64,000 bases of DNA. It comes from Acutalibacteraceae bacterium. Lineage in GTDB: Bacteria; Bacillota; Clostridia; Oscillospirales; Acutalibacteraceae. Numbering within the stretch: the first letter of the stretch is position 1; the number at the start of each line of letters is the position of its first letter. The notes under the pieces were generated by a model that saw nothing but the letters and a program-made list of their open reading frames with translations, was not told the origin of the DNA and did not search any database. The DNA is taken from NCBI GenBank assembly GCA_045536305.1, contig JAZSNH010000029.1, positions 56,225-120,224 on the forward strand, given 5' to 3'. Shown piece after piece: positions 27,639 to 36,138 of the stretch. The position numbers and the translations under genes are program-made.

Positions 27639-27670
27639 AGAACGCGGCGTTCTGTAAAACGCCGCGTTCT
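27639..27670 (-). terminator. stem-loop downstream of the Cys-rich membrane protein gene
   Basis: AGAACGCGGCGTT-ctgtaa-AACGCCGCGTTCT forms a 13-bp perfect stem. The flanking T-runs are poor on both strands. Confidence 0.4.
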
Positions 27671-27696
27671 GTTTGCAGAAACCGAAGACAGGGGTA

Positions 27697-28107
27697 TCAG
27701 CCCTCGCAGCCGAAAAGACTTCTGACAAGGCATGCGGTGCCCGCTATCGCCAGCGTAAAGAAGAACATAAGCACTCCCACAAGAATTGCGCTGAGTATGC
27801 TTGTTGCAACAACACCGACGGCAAGAAGAACTATCGAGAACAATACGGTTCCCAGAATGCCTGCCAGAAGAGTGTTGACCGAAGAGCAGAGGCAGAGCTC
27901 CCGTTCCTTGCATTTCCTGAGTGCGGCCGCAAGAAGGGTGATGCCGAGATATACTGCGGCAATGCCGAGCACTACCCAAAGGAATGCCGGAGTAGCGGTA
28001 ACCACCGCAGTGACATGGAGAAATGCTGTGACAACGCCGATGATAATGGCTGAGACAACAGCGGCGATGGTGCAGCTGCATTTGCAGGTACAATTGAACA
28101 TGGTCAT
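27697..28107 (-). CDS. small Cys-rich four-TM membrane protein (function unknown)
   Basis: ORF track 27697..28128. ATG 28107 follows a GGGAGGTG RBS and gives MTMFNCTCKCSCTIAAVV... There are four hydrophobic helices and further Cys at KCKERELCLC and near the C-terminus (GTACLV, FGCEG). Confidence 0.6.
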   Translation of the reverse strand: MTMFNCTCKCSCTIAAVVSAIIIGVVTAFLHVTAVVTATPAFLWVVLGIAAVYLGITLLAAALRKCKERELCLCSSVNTLLAGILGTVLFSIVLLAVGVVATSILSAILVGVLMFFFTLAIAGTACLVRSLFGCEG

Positions 28108-28391
28108 GATTTTTTCACCTCCCATCACCAGAATATGCAGAGGGCAAAGGCTTGGTGAAGGAAGAGATGAGTAAAAATGAGAGGGAAAGCGGGAGTGAAG
28201 ATAAGCTTAAAAAGCCTGCTGCTGCACGCTTTTTTCACAATTTCAGAGGGCTTTTGCAATTATGGAAAAATTTTGCAGTTTTTCTTTTAGAAATTTAAAA
28301 TTTCTATTGTACAGCTCGAATTTCATTGATATAATTGTAACAAAGGGAACTGCTTAAGGAAAGCAGAATAAGAGTAAAGGAGATACAGACA

Positions 28392-28874
28392 ATGGAATTT
28401 GATGCAAGTAAGGTAACAGCTACCGCCGATTTTGAACAGCTTGAGGAGGATCCTATAATTCTCCCCATTCCTTATGAGGATGAAGCGGCAGAAGAAGCAA
28501 GAGCACGCGCTGCCGCTGCAAAAGCTGAGCTTGAGCGTATCGAAGAGCTTAAGAACAATGCAGCGGAGATAGTTCCGCTGCCCGATGCAAGCGTAGACCT
28601 TGAGGCAAACCGCAAGGCTGTTGAGGCTGAGGAAGCGCGCAAGGCGGCAGAGGCTGCACTGGCCGCGGCTCAGGAGGCAAAAAGGGCGGCAGAGGCCGCT
28701 GTTGCAGAGGCACAGCTTGCTCTTGACAAAAAGCGCGGAATCGAAGCAGCCGCAGAAGCTGTAAAAACAGCGGAGATTTCTGTGGACGTCGAAGGCAACA
28801 GCATAGTAAAGATCAAGGTGCCGAAGGATTATGATATTGAGTTCTTCTTCCGTCCGAAGGCAAGCAGAAAGTAA
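28392..28874 (+). CDS. hypothetical Ala/Glu-rich coiled-coil protein
   Basis: 160 aa. RBS AAAGGAG. The centre is a long AEEARARAAAAKAELERIEELK...AEAALAAAQEAKRAAEAAVAEAQ helix. No known domain recognised. Confidence 0.5.
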   Translation: MEFDASKVTATADFEQLEEDPIILPIPYEDEAAEEARARAAAAKAELERIEELKNNAAEIVPLPDASVDLEANRKAVEAEEARKAAEAALAAAQEAKRAAEAAVAEAQLALDKKRGIEAAAEAVKTAEISVDVEGNSIVKIKVPKDYDIEFFFRPKASRK

Positions 28875-28880
28875 ATAACG

Positions 28881-28917
28881 AAAAAAACTCCCTGTGCAGA
28901 GCACAGGGAGTTTTTTT
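28881..28917. terminator. bidirectional intrinsic terminator
   Basis: A7-CTCCCTGTGC-aga-GCACAGGGAG-T7 between convergent genes. Confidence 0.85.
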
Positions 28918-28921
28918 CGTA

Positions 28922-29158
28922 TTATTCAAATAAATCTCCGATCTCGACTCCGAGAATCTTGGCAAGACCGTAAAGCTCGATATCGGTGACAGTTCGCTGT
29001 TTGTCTTCGATCCTCGATATCGATCCGCGGCAGATATAGATAGCCATGGTTTCAAGCTTGTCAGACAGCTCCTGTTGACTCATTTTTTTCTTTGTACGCA
29101 GGGCCTTTATCCTATGCCCCACTATATTCATTTCATTACCGTCAATTATACGTGCCAT
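28922..29158 (-). CDS. XRE-family HTH transcriptional regulator
   Basis: ORF track 28922..29191. ATG 29158 follows an AGGAGGAA RBS. VGHRIKALRTKKKMSQQELSDKLETMAIYICRGSISRIE is a Cro/C1 HTH. Confidence 0.8.
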   Translation of the reverse strand: MARIIDGNEMNIVGHRIKALRTKKKMSQQELSDKLETMAIYICRGSISRIEDKQRTVTDIELYGLAKILGVEIGDLFE

Positions 29159-29358
29159 ATTATTTCCTCCTGTTGTCTTGACATAGGACAAAATTTAATG
29201 TACACTAAATATCGAAAAATATTGTCCTGTCATAAGACAAAGAGAGAAATAAAAAAAGACAGTGAGTTATTTAATTTGGTATGCGGCTTTGAAAAATATT
29301 GACTTTTCATGGCAGGCGCAGTAAAGTGAAAGTAATAAAGTTATTAGGAGGAGAAAAA

Positions 29359-30027
29359 ATGAACGCTATACCTGAAGAAGTAAAGGCAGAAGAAACAACA
29401 GAAGCGGTTCTCGAGACAGAGTCTGCTGTAGGAAGACAGCTTTTTGCATACGACAAAGATTATGCAAAAAAGAAAAAGACCTACACAATGGCGGTCTGGA
29501 AGGGTGTCTCAATTGTTCTGACTCTTGCGGTGGATGCTTTGGCGATAGTCGGTGCTGTGATGGTACTGCCTGAGGACAGTCCGCTTATAATGGTCATATT
29601 GGGCGTTGGGCTGTTAGCGGCGCTGTTTGCGCTTTTTGTAATGCCCTCTTTTTTCAATTATAAGATCAAGGCTCCGTTTAAGTCGTTTCTTACCGATGAT
29701 GATAAGCTCTGGGCGTTGGAATTTACACCTTATACCGCAAATTCCAAGCAAGCAGGAGCAGCAGGCATAAATAAGGTGTTCTGCGAAGAATGCTTCAAGG
29801 TTTGCAAAAGCAAGGAAGCGGTTGCTGAGATTGTTGAAAAGGCAAAGAATAATGAGAATCTAAACAAGGGCAAGAGCTACAAGAAGGTCAAGGTTGTCTG
29901 TATGAATAATCCCAAGATGGTAAAATCCGGAAAAAATGCTAAAGTATCCTATACTGACAAAAAGGGCAGAACAAAAAATACAAAGATCGCTGACTGCTAC
30001 CCCGGATTGTTTGAGTATATAGGCTGA
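29359..30027 (+). CDS. hypothetical membrane protein
   Basis: ORF track 29299..30027. ATG 29359 follows an AGGAGGAG RBS. It has an acidic N-terminus, two TM helices and a Lys-rich C-terminal domain, and is divergent from the XRE gene. Confidence 0.5.
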   Translation: MNAIPEEVKAEETTEAVLETESAVGRQLFAYDKDYAKKKKTYTMAVWKGVSIVLTLAVDALAIVGAVMVLPEDSPLIMVILGVGLLAALFALFVMPSFFNYKIKAPFKSFLTDDDKLWALEFTPYTANSKQAGAAGINKVFCEECFKVCKSKEAVAEIVEKAKNNENLNKGKSYKKVKVVCMNNPKMVKSGKNAKVSYTDKKGRTKNTKIADCYPGLFEYIG

Positions 30028-30141
30028 AAATGCAAATAAAACCGCACTGCTTCTCTTGGCAGGGTGTTACAAGGGATTTACCATTGGTAAATCGATGATA
30101 AGGCTTTTGTAGTAATTAAAATTTAAAGGCTTAATAGTGTG

Positions 30142-30169
30142 AAAACGCCCACCGTCAGGTGGGCGTTTT
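30142..30169. terminator. bidirectional terminator (secA / upstream + gene)
   Basis: AAAACGCCCACC-gtca-GGTGGGCGTTTT, 7 nt beyond the secA stop. Confidence 0.8.
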
Positions 30170-30175
30170 AATGTT

Positions 30176-32998
30176 TTATTCGGCGCCTGCAGGCTTGCCG
30201 CAGCATTTTTTGTATTTTTTGCCGCTTCCGCAGGGGCAGGGAGCGTTGGGACCGATCTTTTTGCCGCCGCGTACGGTTTTCGACTGCGGATCGCTTCCGT
30301 CGCCTTCCGTCTCGGTGGGCTTGATAAGCTGGGTTCTCTGAGCCGCTTCGGCCTCGCTTCTGGGTCTGACGGTGAGCATGAGCTTTGTGGTGTTTTCCTT
30401 GATAAGCGCTATCATCTCGTCAAACATATCGAAGCCTTCCATGGTGTAGACCACAACGGGATCCTTCTGTCCGTAGGCACGAAGATTGATGCCGCGCTTT
30501 AAGTCGTCCATGGCATCGATATGATCCATCCACAGCCTGTCGACCACCTGGAGCAGTATTTTGCGCTCGATCTTACGCATGAGTCCTTCTCCGAAGGTAT
30601 CGTCAAATTCCTTTTCGCGTTGTGAATAGAGCTCACGGGCGCGTGCTGTAAGCTCGGCGGTTATCTGCTCGGGCTCGATATCAAACAGCTCTTCCTCGGT
30701 GAAGGTGAAATCCTCCGGTCGGGTCAGCCAGCCGAGATAATGTCCGCGCAAGGATTCAAAATTCCAGTTATATTTTGCATCGCCGCTGAGCCAGCGTGTG
30801 ACGTTTGCTTCGATGGAATCGTCCATCATCTTAAGTATCTTTTCGTGGAGATCTTCGCCTGCCAGCACCTGATCACGCTCTTTGTAGATGATCTCTCTCT
30901 GACGGTTCATCACGTCATCATACTGCAGAACGTGCTTTCTTATTCCGAAGTTGCGGCTTTCTATGTTCTTCTGGGCGTTTTCTATGGATTTTGAGACAAG
31001 GCCTGCCTGAATGGGCATATCTTCCTCGACGTTCATAACGGACATGATGCTCTTTATTCTGTCACCGCCGAAAAGGCGCATGAGATCGTCATCGAGAGCT
31101 ACAAAGAACTGGCTTTCGCCGGGGTCGCCCTGACGGCCTGAACGTCCGCGAAGCTGATTGTCGATTCGGCGTGATTCATGGCGTTCGGTGCCGATTATCA
31201 ACAGACCGCCTGCTTCTCTTACCCTCTCGGCCTCTGCCTTTATGCTTTTTTCGTACTGCTCGACCAGCTCGGCAAAGCGGCTGCGTACTGCGAGGATCTC
31301 CTCATCGTCTGTTTCGCTGAAGGATTCGCACTCGCTCAGGAGCATTTCCTCATGCTCCCAATCGGGTTCCTTAGCGCTCATTTCGGCTGCACGCTTTTCG
31401 TTGAAATCGCGGCGGATCTGCTGCTTTGCCATAAACTCTGCGTTGCCGCCAAGCTTGATATCGGTACCGCGGCCTGCCATATTGGTCGCAATTGTTACCG
31501 CGCCGAATCTGCCTGCCTGTGCTACGATCTCAGCCTCTCTTGCGTGCTGCTTTGCGTTGAGAACCTCGTGGCGTATACCCGCTCTTGCAAGGAGCTTTGA
31601 AAGAACTTCTGATTTTTCAATAGATATAGTACCTACAAGCACAGGCTGACCCTTTGCATGAGCCTGTGCAATTTTTTCAATTACAGCGCGGAATTTTGCC
31701 TTCTCGGTGACATAAACAACATCGGGAAGGTCGTTTCTTATCATGGGCTTGTTGGTGGGTACCTCTACGCAGTCGAGCTTGTAGATCTCGCGGAACTCTT
31801 CCTCTTCGGTAAGAGCGGTACCGGTCATGCCCGAAAGCTTTCTGTAAAGGCGGAAATAGTTCTGGAAGGTTATTGTGGCGAGGGTTTTTGATTCGTTGGC
31901 TATTTTTACGCCTTCCTTTGCTTCTATCGCCTGATGAAGTCCCTCGTTATAGCGGCGTCCGTACATAAGACGGCCTGTAAATTCGTCAACTATTATGACC
32001 TCGCCGTTCTGAACGACATAGTCGATGTCGCGTATCATTATGCCGTGGGCGCGGATAGCCTGATTTATATGGTGAGATATACGCTGAGAACGCTCATCGT
32101 CGTCGGTGAGGTTTTCAAGTCCGAAGGTCTCCTCTGCCTTGGCAATGCCGCGCGCAGTGAGAGTACAGGTGCGCGCCTTTTCATCGACCACGTAATCTGC
32201 ATCGGCTACATCGTCGCGCTCTTCCATCTCTTCCTTTTCGTTCTCGGCAACTATTCTCGCCTGTTTGAGTCTTCGCGCAAAGCGGTCTGCCTGGGTATAA
32301 AGCTCGCTTGAGGCCTCGCCTCTGCCCGAAATGATAAGCGGTGTACGGGCTTCATCTATGAGAATGGAGTCAACCTCGTCAACGATGGCAAAGGAATGTC
32401 CGCGCTGTACCTTCAGCTCTGCGTAAGGCACCATATTGTCGCGCAGATAATCAAAGCCGAACTCGTTGTTTGTGCCGTAGGTGATGTCTGCAAGATAAGC
32501 CTCGCGGCGCTCATCGGGCTCCATGCCGGTCACGATAAGACCTACGCTCAGGCCGAGCCAGCGGTGCACCTTACCCATCCATTCGCTGTCGCGGCGGGCA
32601 AGATATTCGTTTACGGTTACAACGTGCACACCGTTGCCCGAAAGTGCATTAAGATAGGAAGGCAGAGTCGCAACAAGAGTTTTGCCTTCACCTGTTTTCA
32701 TTTCGGAAATTCTGCCCTGATGAAGAATAATACCGCCAAGAATCTGGACAGGGAAATGCTTCATGCCGAGAACACGCCAGCTTGCCTCGCGGCAGACGGC
32801 AAATGCATCGCACAGAATATCGTCGAGAGTCTCGCCCTGAGCCAGTCTGCCCTTGAGAATGGCGGTCTGTGACTGGAGCTGTTCATCGCTCATAGCCTGA
32901 TAGATAGGCTCAAGCTCAAGAACACGCTGCTTGAGAGGTTCTATCCTCTTTAATTCTCTTTTTGAGTAATTGCCGAAAAAGGCAGCAAGTATATTCAT
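30176..32998 (-). CDS. secA: preprotein translocase ATPase SecA
   Basis: 940 aa. MKTGEGKTLVATLP Walker A, DEVDSILIDEARTPLIISG, and the C-terminal zinc-binding tail CPCGSGKKYKKCCG. Confidence 0.98.
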   Translation of the reverse strand: MNILAAFFGNYSKRELKRIEPLKQRVLELEPIYQAMSDEQLQSQTAILKGRLAQGETLDDILCDAFAVCREASWRVLGMKHFPVQILGGIILHQGRISEMKTGEGKTLVATLPSYLNALSGNGVHVVTVNEYLARRDSEWMGKVHRWLGLSVGLIVTGMEPDERREAYLADITYGTNNEFGFDYLRDNMVPYAELKVQRGHSFAIVDEVDSILIDEARTPLIISGRGEASSELYTQADRFARRLKQARIVAENEKEEMEERDDVADADYVVDEKARTCTLTARGIAKAEETFGLENLTDDDERSQRISHHINQAIRAHGIMIRDIDYVVQNGEVIIVDEFTGRLMYGRRYNEGLHQAIEAKEGVKIANESKTLATITFQNYFRLYRKLSGMTGTALTEEEEFREIYKLDCVEVPTNKPMIRNDLPDVVYVTEKAKFRAVIEKIAQAHAKGQPVLVGTISIEKSEVLSKLLARAGIRHEVLNAKQHAREAEIVAQAGRFGAVTIATNMAGRGTDIKLGGNAEFMAKQQIRRDFNEKRAAEMSAKEPDWEHEEMLLSECESFSETDDEEILAVRSRFAELVEQYEKSIKAEAERVREAGGLLIIGTERHESRRIDNQLRGRSGRQGDPGESQFFVALDDDLMRLFGGDRIKSIMSVMNVEEDMPIQAGLVSKSIENAQKNIESRNFGIRKHVLQYDDVMNRQREIIYKERDQVLAGEDLHEKILKMMDDSIEANVTRWLSGDAKYNWNFESLRGHYLGWLTRPEDFTFTEEELFDIEPEQITAELTARARELYSQREKEFDDTFGEGLMRKIERKILLQVVDRLWMDHIDAMDDLKRGINLRAYGQKDPVVVYTMEGFDMFDEMIALIKENTTKLMLTVRPRSEAEAAQRTQLIKPTETEGDGSDPQSKTVRGGKKIGPNAPCPCGSGKKYKKCCGKPAGAE

Positions 32999-33349
32999 AT
33001 AGTCTTTCGCGGTGATCCGCGAATGCCTCCTTTACTTTTTTTCCAATATACATAATTATTGTATCATATATATGCAGTGGAAACAATCGTTTTTTGCGGA
33101 AGATGTTGTGTAGTATTTCTTTTGTAACGATAATTAACAATTTGTTATCGAATTTCGATAAATTCAGTGTTGACTTTCGATGTCCTCTGTGATAGACTTT
33201 GCTTGCAAAACATAAACAAATTGCCGTTTGTCGGTAAATTTATCATGTCTTCCGTGACTGCGGACTGAAAATTTGCATTTTTGGCTTGCTTTTTCAGGGC
33301 GGCTGTGTTATAGTGGTCTGCGGATTTCGGAAAAAAAGGAGGATTACGC

Positions 33350-33694
33350 ATGTCTGTTATATTTTCAGCGGTACTGCTCGGGCTCGGTTCGGTAGCGGCT
33401 ACTGTTATGTCTGTTGCTGAACGTGCTGTTCCCCTTTCGATAGAATTTGACCTCAGCAACGATGGCGAAACTCTTTGGCAGGGCGATAAGGTCTATGATT
33501 TCGTCGGATTTGAAAGCTATAATTTTGCACCTGCCGTTGATCGTGAGCTTGATGCTTCCCTCGGAAGAAGGATAGGCTATGTCAAGGACGATGAGGCAAG
33601 GGTCTGGCAGATCAATACTTTGATGGACGAGTATGTTCTTGTCAAAGCTCAGGGCGCTCAGGGCGAGATATATAAGCTCAGAGAAGAATTCTGA
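33350..33694 (+). CDS. hypothetical small secreted or membrane-anchored protein
   Basis: 114 aa. RBS AAAGGAGG. N-terminal hydrophobic segment MSVIFSAVLLGLGSVAATVM. No known domain recognised. Confidence 0.5.
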   Translation: MSVIFSAVLLGLGSVAATVMSVAERAVPLSIEFDLSNDGETLWQGDKVYDFVGFESYNFAPAVDRELDASLGRRIGYVKDDEARVWQINTLMDEYVLVKAQGAQGEIYKLREEF

Positions 33695-33705
33695 TAAAAA
33701 ATGAT

Positions 33706-33738
33706 GCACCGCGGAGGATATCTTCCGCGGTGCTTTTT
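33706..33738 (+). terminator. intrinsic terminator
   Basis: GCACCGCGGAgga-ta-tcTTCCGCGGTGC followed by TTTTTGCTTTT. Confidence 0.8.
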
Positions 33739-33960
33739 GCTTTTGCAAACCTCTTTCCTGCGATATAACGCTTCGAGCCATAATAAAAACATTACAAGCG
33801 CAATAACAGCGTAAGGGAAATTCCAAAAGGGGACTGCGGCGAGGGAGGAATCACGATGGAGGTAATACCTGCCGCCTGCAGAGAGGTTATATGCGGTGTA
33901 TAAGCAGAGAGGCGGTGCGGCAGGCATGGTGGCCCGTTTGGTCGTTTAGGGAGGAGGATT

Positions 33961-33997
33961 GCCAAGGAGGAGGGGGATCGAAACCCCTCCTCCTTGG
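33961..33997. other. orphan 15-bp perfect GC-rich stem-loop in an ORF-free region
   Basis: GCCAAGGAGGAGGGG-atcgaaa-CCCCTCCTCCTTGGC followed by TGTGTTCTTTGGTT. No flanking gene explains it. Confidence 0.6.
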
Positions 33998-34129
33998 CTG
34001 TGTTCTTTGGTTCGTTTCTTGCACAAGCAAGAAATGAACATGTATGCAATTGAACAGACTTAAAAAACGCCGCACTTGTTGCCTTGGGAAAACCTATTTA
34101 AATAGGAAGAAAAAGCCACTCTTCCCTAT

Positions 34130-34354
34130 TTACTTTAAAGGGTACGGCAAATCGGGCAGGCCAAGAAGATAATCGGCAGATACATTAAAAAAGCTGCAGT
34201 ATGCAATTATATCATCATCCTGAAGATGGGATTCCCCCGTTTCAAGACGAGATACGGCTCTTTGGCTCATGTGCAATTTTTCACCCAGCTGTGCCTGAGT
34301 TAAGGGTGTTTCGTATTCTTCCCTCAGCATTCGTAATCGTTCACATATAGTCAA
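34130..34354 (-). CDS. XRE-family HTH transcriptional regulator
   Basis: ORF track 34130..34363 (GTG). TTG 34354 is 6 nt after GAGGTG. LTQAQLGEKLHMSQRAVSRLETGES is a Cro/C1 HTH. Confidence 0.75.
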   Translation of the reverse strand: MTICERLRMLREEYETPLTQAQLGEKLHMSQRAVSRLETGESHLQDDDIIAYCSFFNVSADYLLGLPDLPYPLK

Positions 34355-34456
34355 CTGAATCACCTCACAGCAATTTTATCATAGACGAAAAATGTCTATA
34401 GATTTTTAGACGGAAATCGACTAAAATAAACCCATAAAACAAAACGGAGGGATAAA

Positions 34457-34738
34457 ATGTCTGTACTTGAGGAGTTGTTCCATGGAAATATCAGTCCATA
34501 GGAATCGAATGTGAAAAAATACAGTGAATTTCATAGGGTAAGCGTTCAGCTTGTTAAGGATATTGACGACCTCATGGCGTTGATGAACGACAAGGAAAAG
34601 AAAATTTATAAAGATATAGAAAGCTGTAATTTTAAGTTAAACAGCATCAGCGAAACAGAAAAATTTATTGAGGGGTTTCGTCTCGGAGTGCAGATCATGT
34701 GTGAAGTAATATATCGTAAAAGTGAAAATTTTTGTTGA
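34457..34738 (+). pseudogene. small helical protein gene paired with the XRE regulator, interrupted by an in-frame TAG
   Basis: ATG 34457 (RBS ACGGAGGG) encodes MSVLEELFHGNISP, then TAG at 34499-34501, then ESNVKKYSEFHR... continues in the same frame as ORF 34511..34738. Confidence 0.55.
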
Positions 34739-34774
34739 ATAAAAGAGGAGAAACAGAGCGTTTCTCCTCTTTCG

Positions 34775-36007
34775 TTACACTGTCTCATACTTTTTAAGCG
34801 GTGCGGCAATGGGCATTTCCGCAGAGAAATCAAGACGCAGACCATCGGCTGTGTATTCCTCACTGTAGATCGTTCCGCGTTCGCGGATCGGTGCGGCTTC
34901 GCCAAGCTTGTCGAAGGGCAGCAAAATATTGAGCCGCAGTCTTTTTACGGGCATGGCTTCATCTATCGCTTCCAGCAGAGAGGGAAGTCCTTCGCCTGTT
35001 ACGGCGGATATCCTGACTCCCTTGAGCCCTGCCTGCACAATACCCTTGTCGCACTTGTTGAGAATTGTTATGGTGGGGGTATTGCCTGCGCCGAGCTCGG
35101 ACAGAAGAGCCGTTGTTACCTCAAGCTGTTCAAGGCATACGGGCGAGGATGCATCGCAGACGTTTAAAATGATATCTGCCTGTGCAGCCTCTGCAAGTGT
35201 GGAGCGAAATGCCTTTATCAGGTGGTGAGGCAGGTTTCTTATAAAGCCTACCGTATCGACAAGCATAACAGACGCTCCGCTCGGAAGCTCCAAGGAACGT
35301 GCTGTTGCATCGAGAGTGGCAAAAAGCATATCCTCGGCAAGCACGCCTGCCTGTGTCAATGTGTTGAGCAGGGTGCTTTTTCCGGCGTTGGTATAGCCAA
35401 CGATAGCTGCAGTGACGATCTCGTCTTTTTTTCGGCGTGTACGCAGAAGCTCACGGTGCTTTTCCACCTGCTCAAGCTTTTCGGAAAGAGCCTCTATCCT
35501 TCTGCGTATATGCCTTTTATCGGTTTCGAGCTTGGTTTCGCCGGGGCCTCTGGTTCCGATACCGCCGCCGAGACGGCTCAGCTCGATGCCCTTGCCGGTC
35601 AGTCTGGGCAGCATATACCTGAGCTGTGCAAGCTCTACCTGCAGCTTGCCTTCGCTGGTTCTCGCACGCATGGCAAAGATATCGAGTATAAGCATGGTGC
35701 GGTCAATGGTGCGTATATCTGTCTCTCTTTCGATGTTTGCGACCTGCCTCGGAGTCAGCTCGCAGTCAAAAATAATAAGGTCTGCGTCGTTCTGAATGCA
35801 GAAATCCTTTATTTCATCAAGTCTGCCTGAACCGATACAGGTGGCGGTATCCTTTGACGGACGGTTCTGGGTAAATACACCTATTACCTCTGCCCCTGCT
35901 GTTTTTGCAAGCTCGCGAAGCTCCTCGAGAGATTCTTCTTCGCCCTTTTCGCCTAAAAATACGGCGGCAAGGACTGCTTTTGTAATACTTTCTGTATTTT
36001 CGTGCAT
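34775..36007 (-). CDS. hflX: GTPase HflX
   Basis: 410 aa. HflX N-domain (GSGRLDEIKDF, DCELTPRQVANIE), GTPase motifs GYTNAGKSTLLN and DTVGF, and NKCD. Confidence 0.92.
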   Translation of the reverse strand: MHENTESITKAVLAAVFLGEKGEEESLEELRELAKTAGAEVIGVFTQNRPSKDTATCIGSGRLDEIKDFCIQNDADLIIFDCELTPRQVANIERETDIRTIDRTMLILDIFAMRARTSEGKLQVELAQLRYMLPRLTGKGIELSRLGGGIGTRGPGETKLETDKRHIRRRIEALSEKLEQVEKHRELLRTRRKKDEIVTAAIVGYTNAGKSTLLNTLTQAGVLAEDMLFATLDATARSLELPSGASVMLVDTVGFIRNLPHHLIKAFRSTLAEAAQADIILNVCDASSPVCLEQLEVTTALLSELGAGNTPTITILNKCDKGIVQAGLKGVRISAVTGEGLPSLLEAIDEAMPVKRLRLNILLPFDKLGEAAPIRERGTIYSEEYTADGLRLDFSAEMPIAAPLKKYETV

Positions 36008-36138
36008 GTTAACTCCTTACAGTATTGAAAGTTCTGCAAAATAAGCTGTCTGTTTTAAACTTCCCCTCAAACAAAAGGGAATATTCCTAAAACAACAAAA
36101 CGCCCGTTATTATACGGGCGTTTTTGATATAGACTTTG

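Noticed and set aside
28323-28904. 193-aa minus-strand ORF opposite the coiled-coil protein gene
   Set aside because: It has a Cys/Leu/Phe-rich product and no RBS. The plus-strand ORF has AAAGGAG plus ATG and a bidirectional terminator placed for it.
33961-33997. tRNA- or tmRNA-like T-arm (GGGGTTTCGATCCCC on the minus strand) that might mark an integration site
   Set aside because: The loop does not fit the T-loop pattern (T54-T55-C56 with a G53-C61 closure). The stem is a 15-bp perfect palindrome with no acceptor or anticodon arms around it, so it is kept only as an orphan hairpin.
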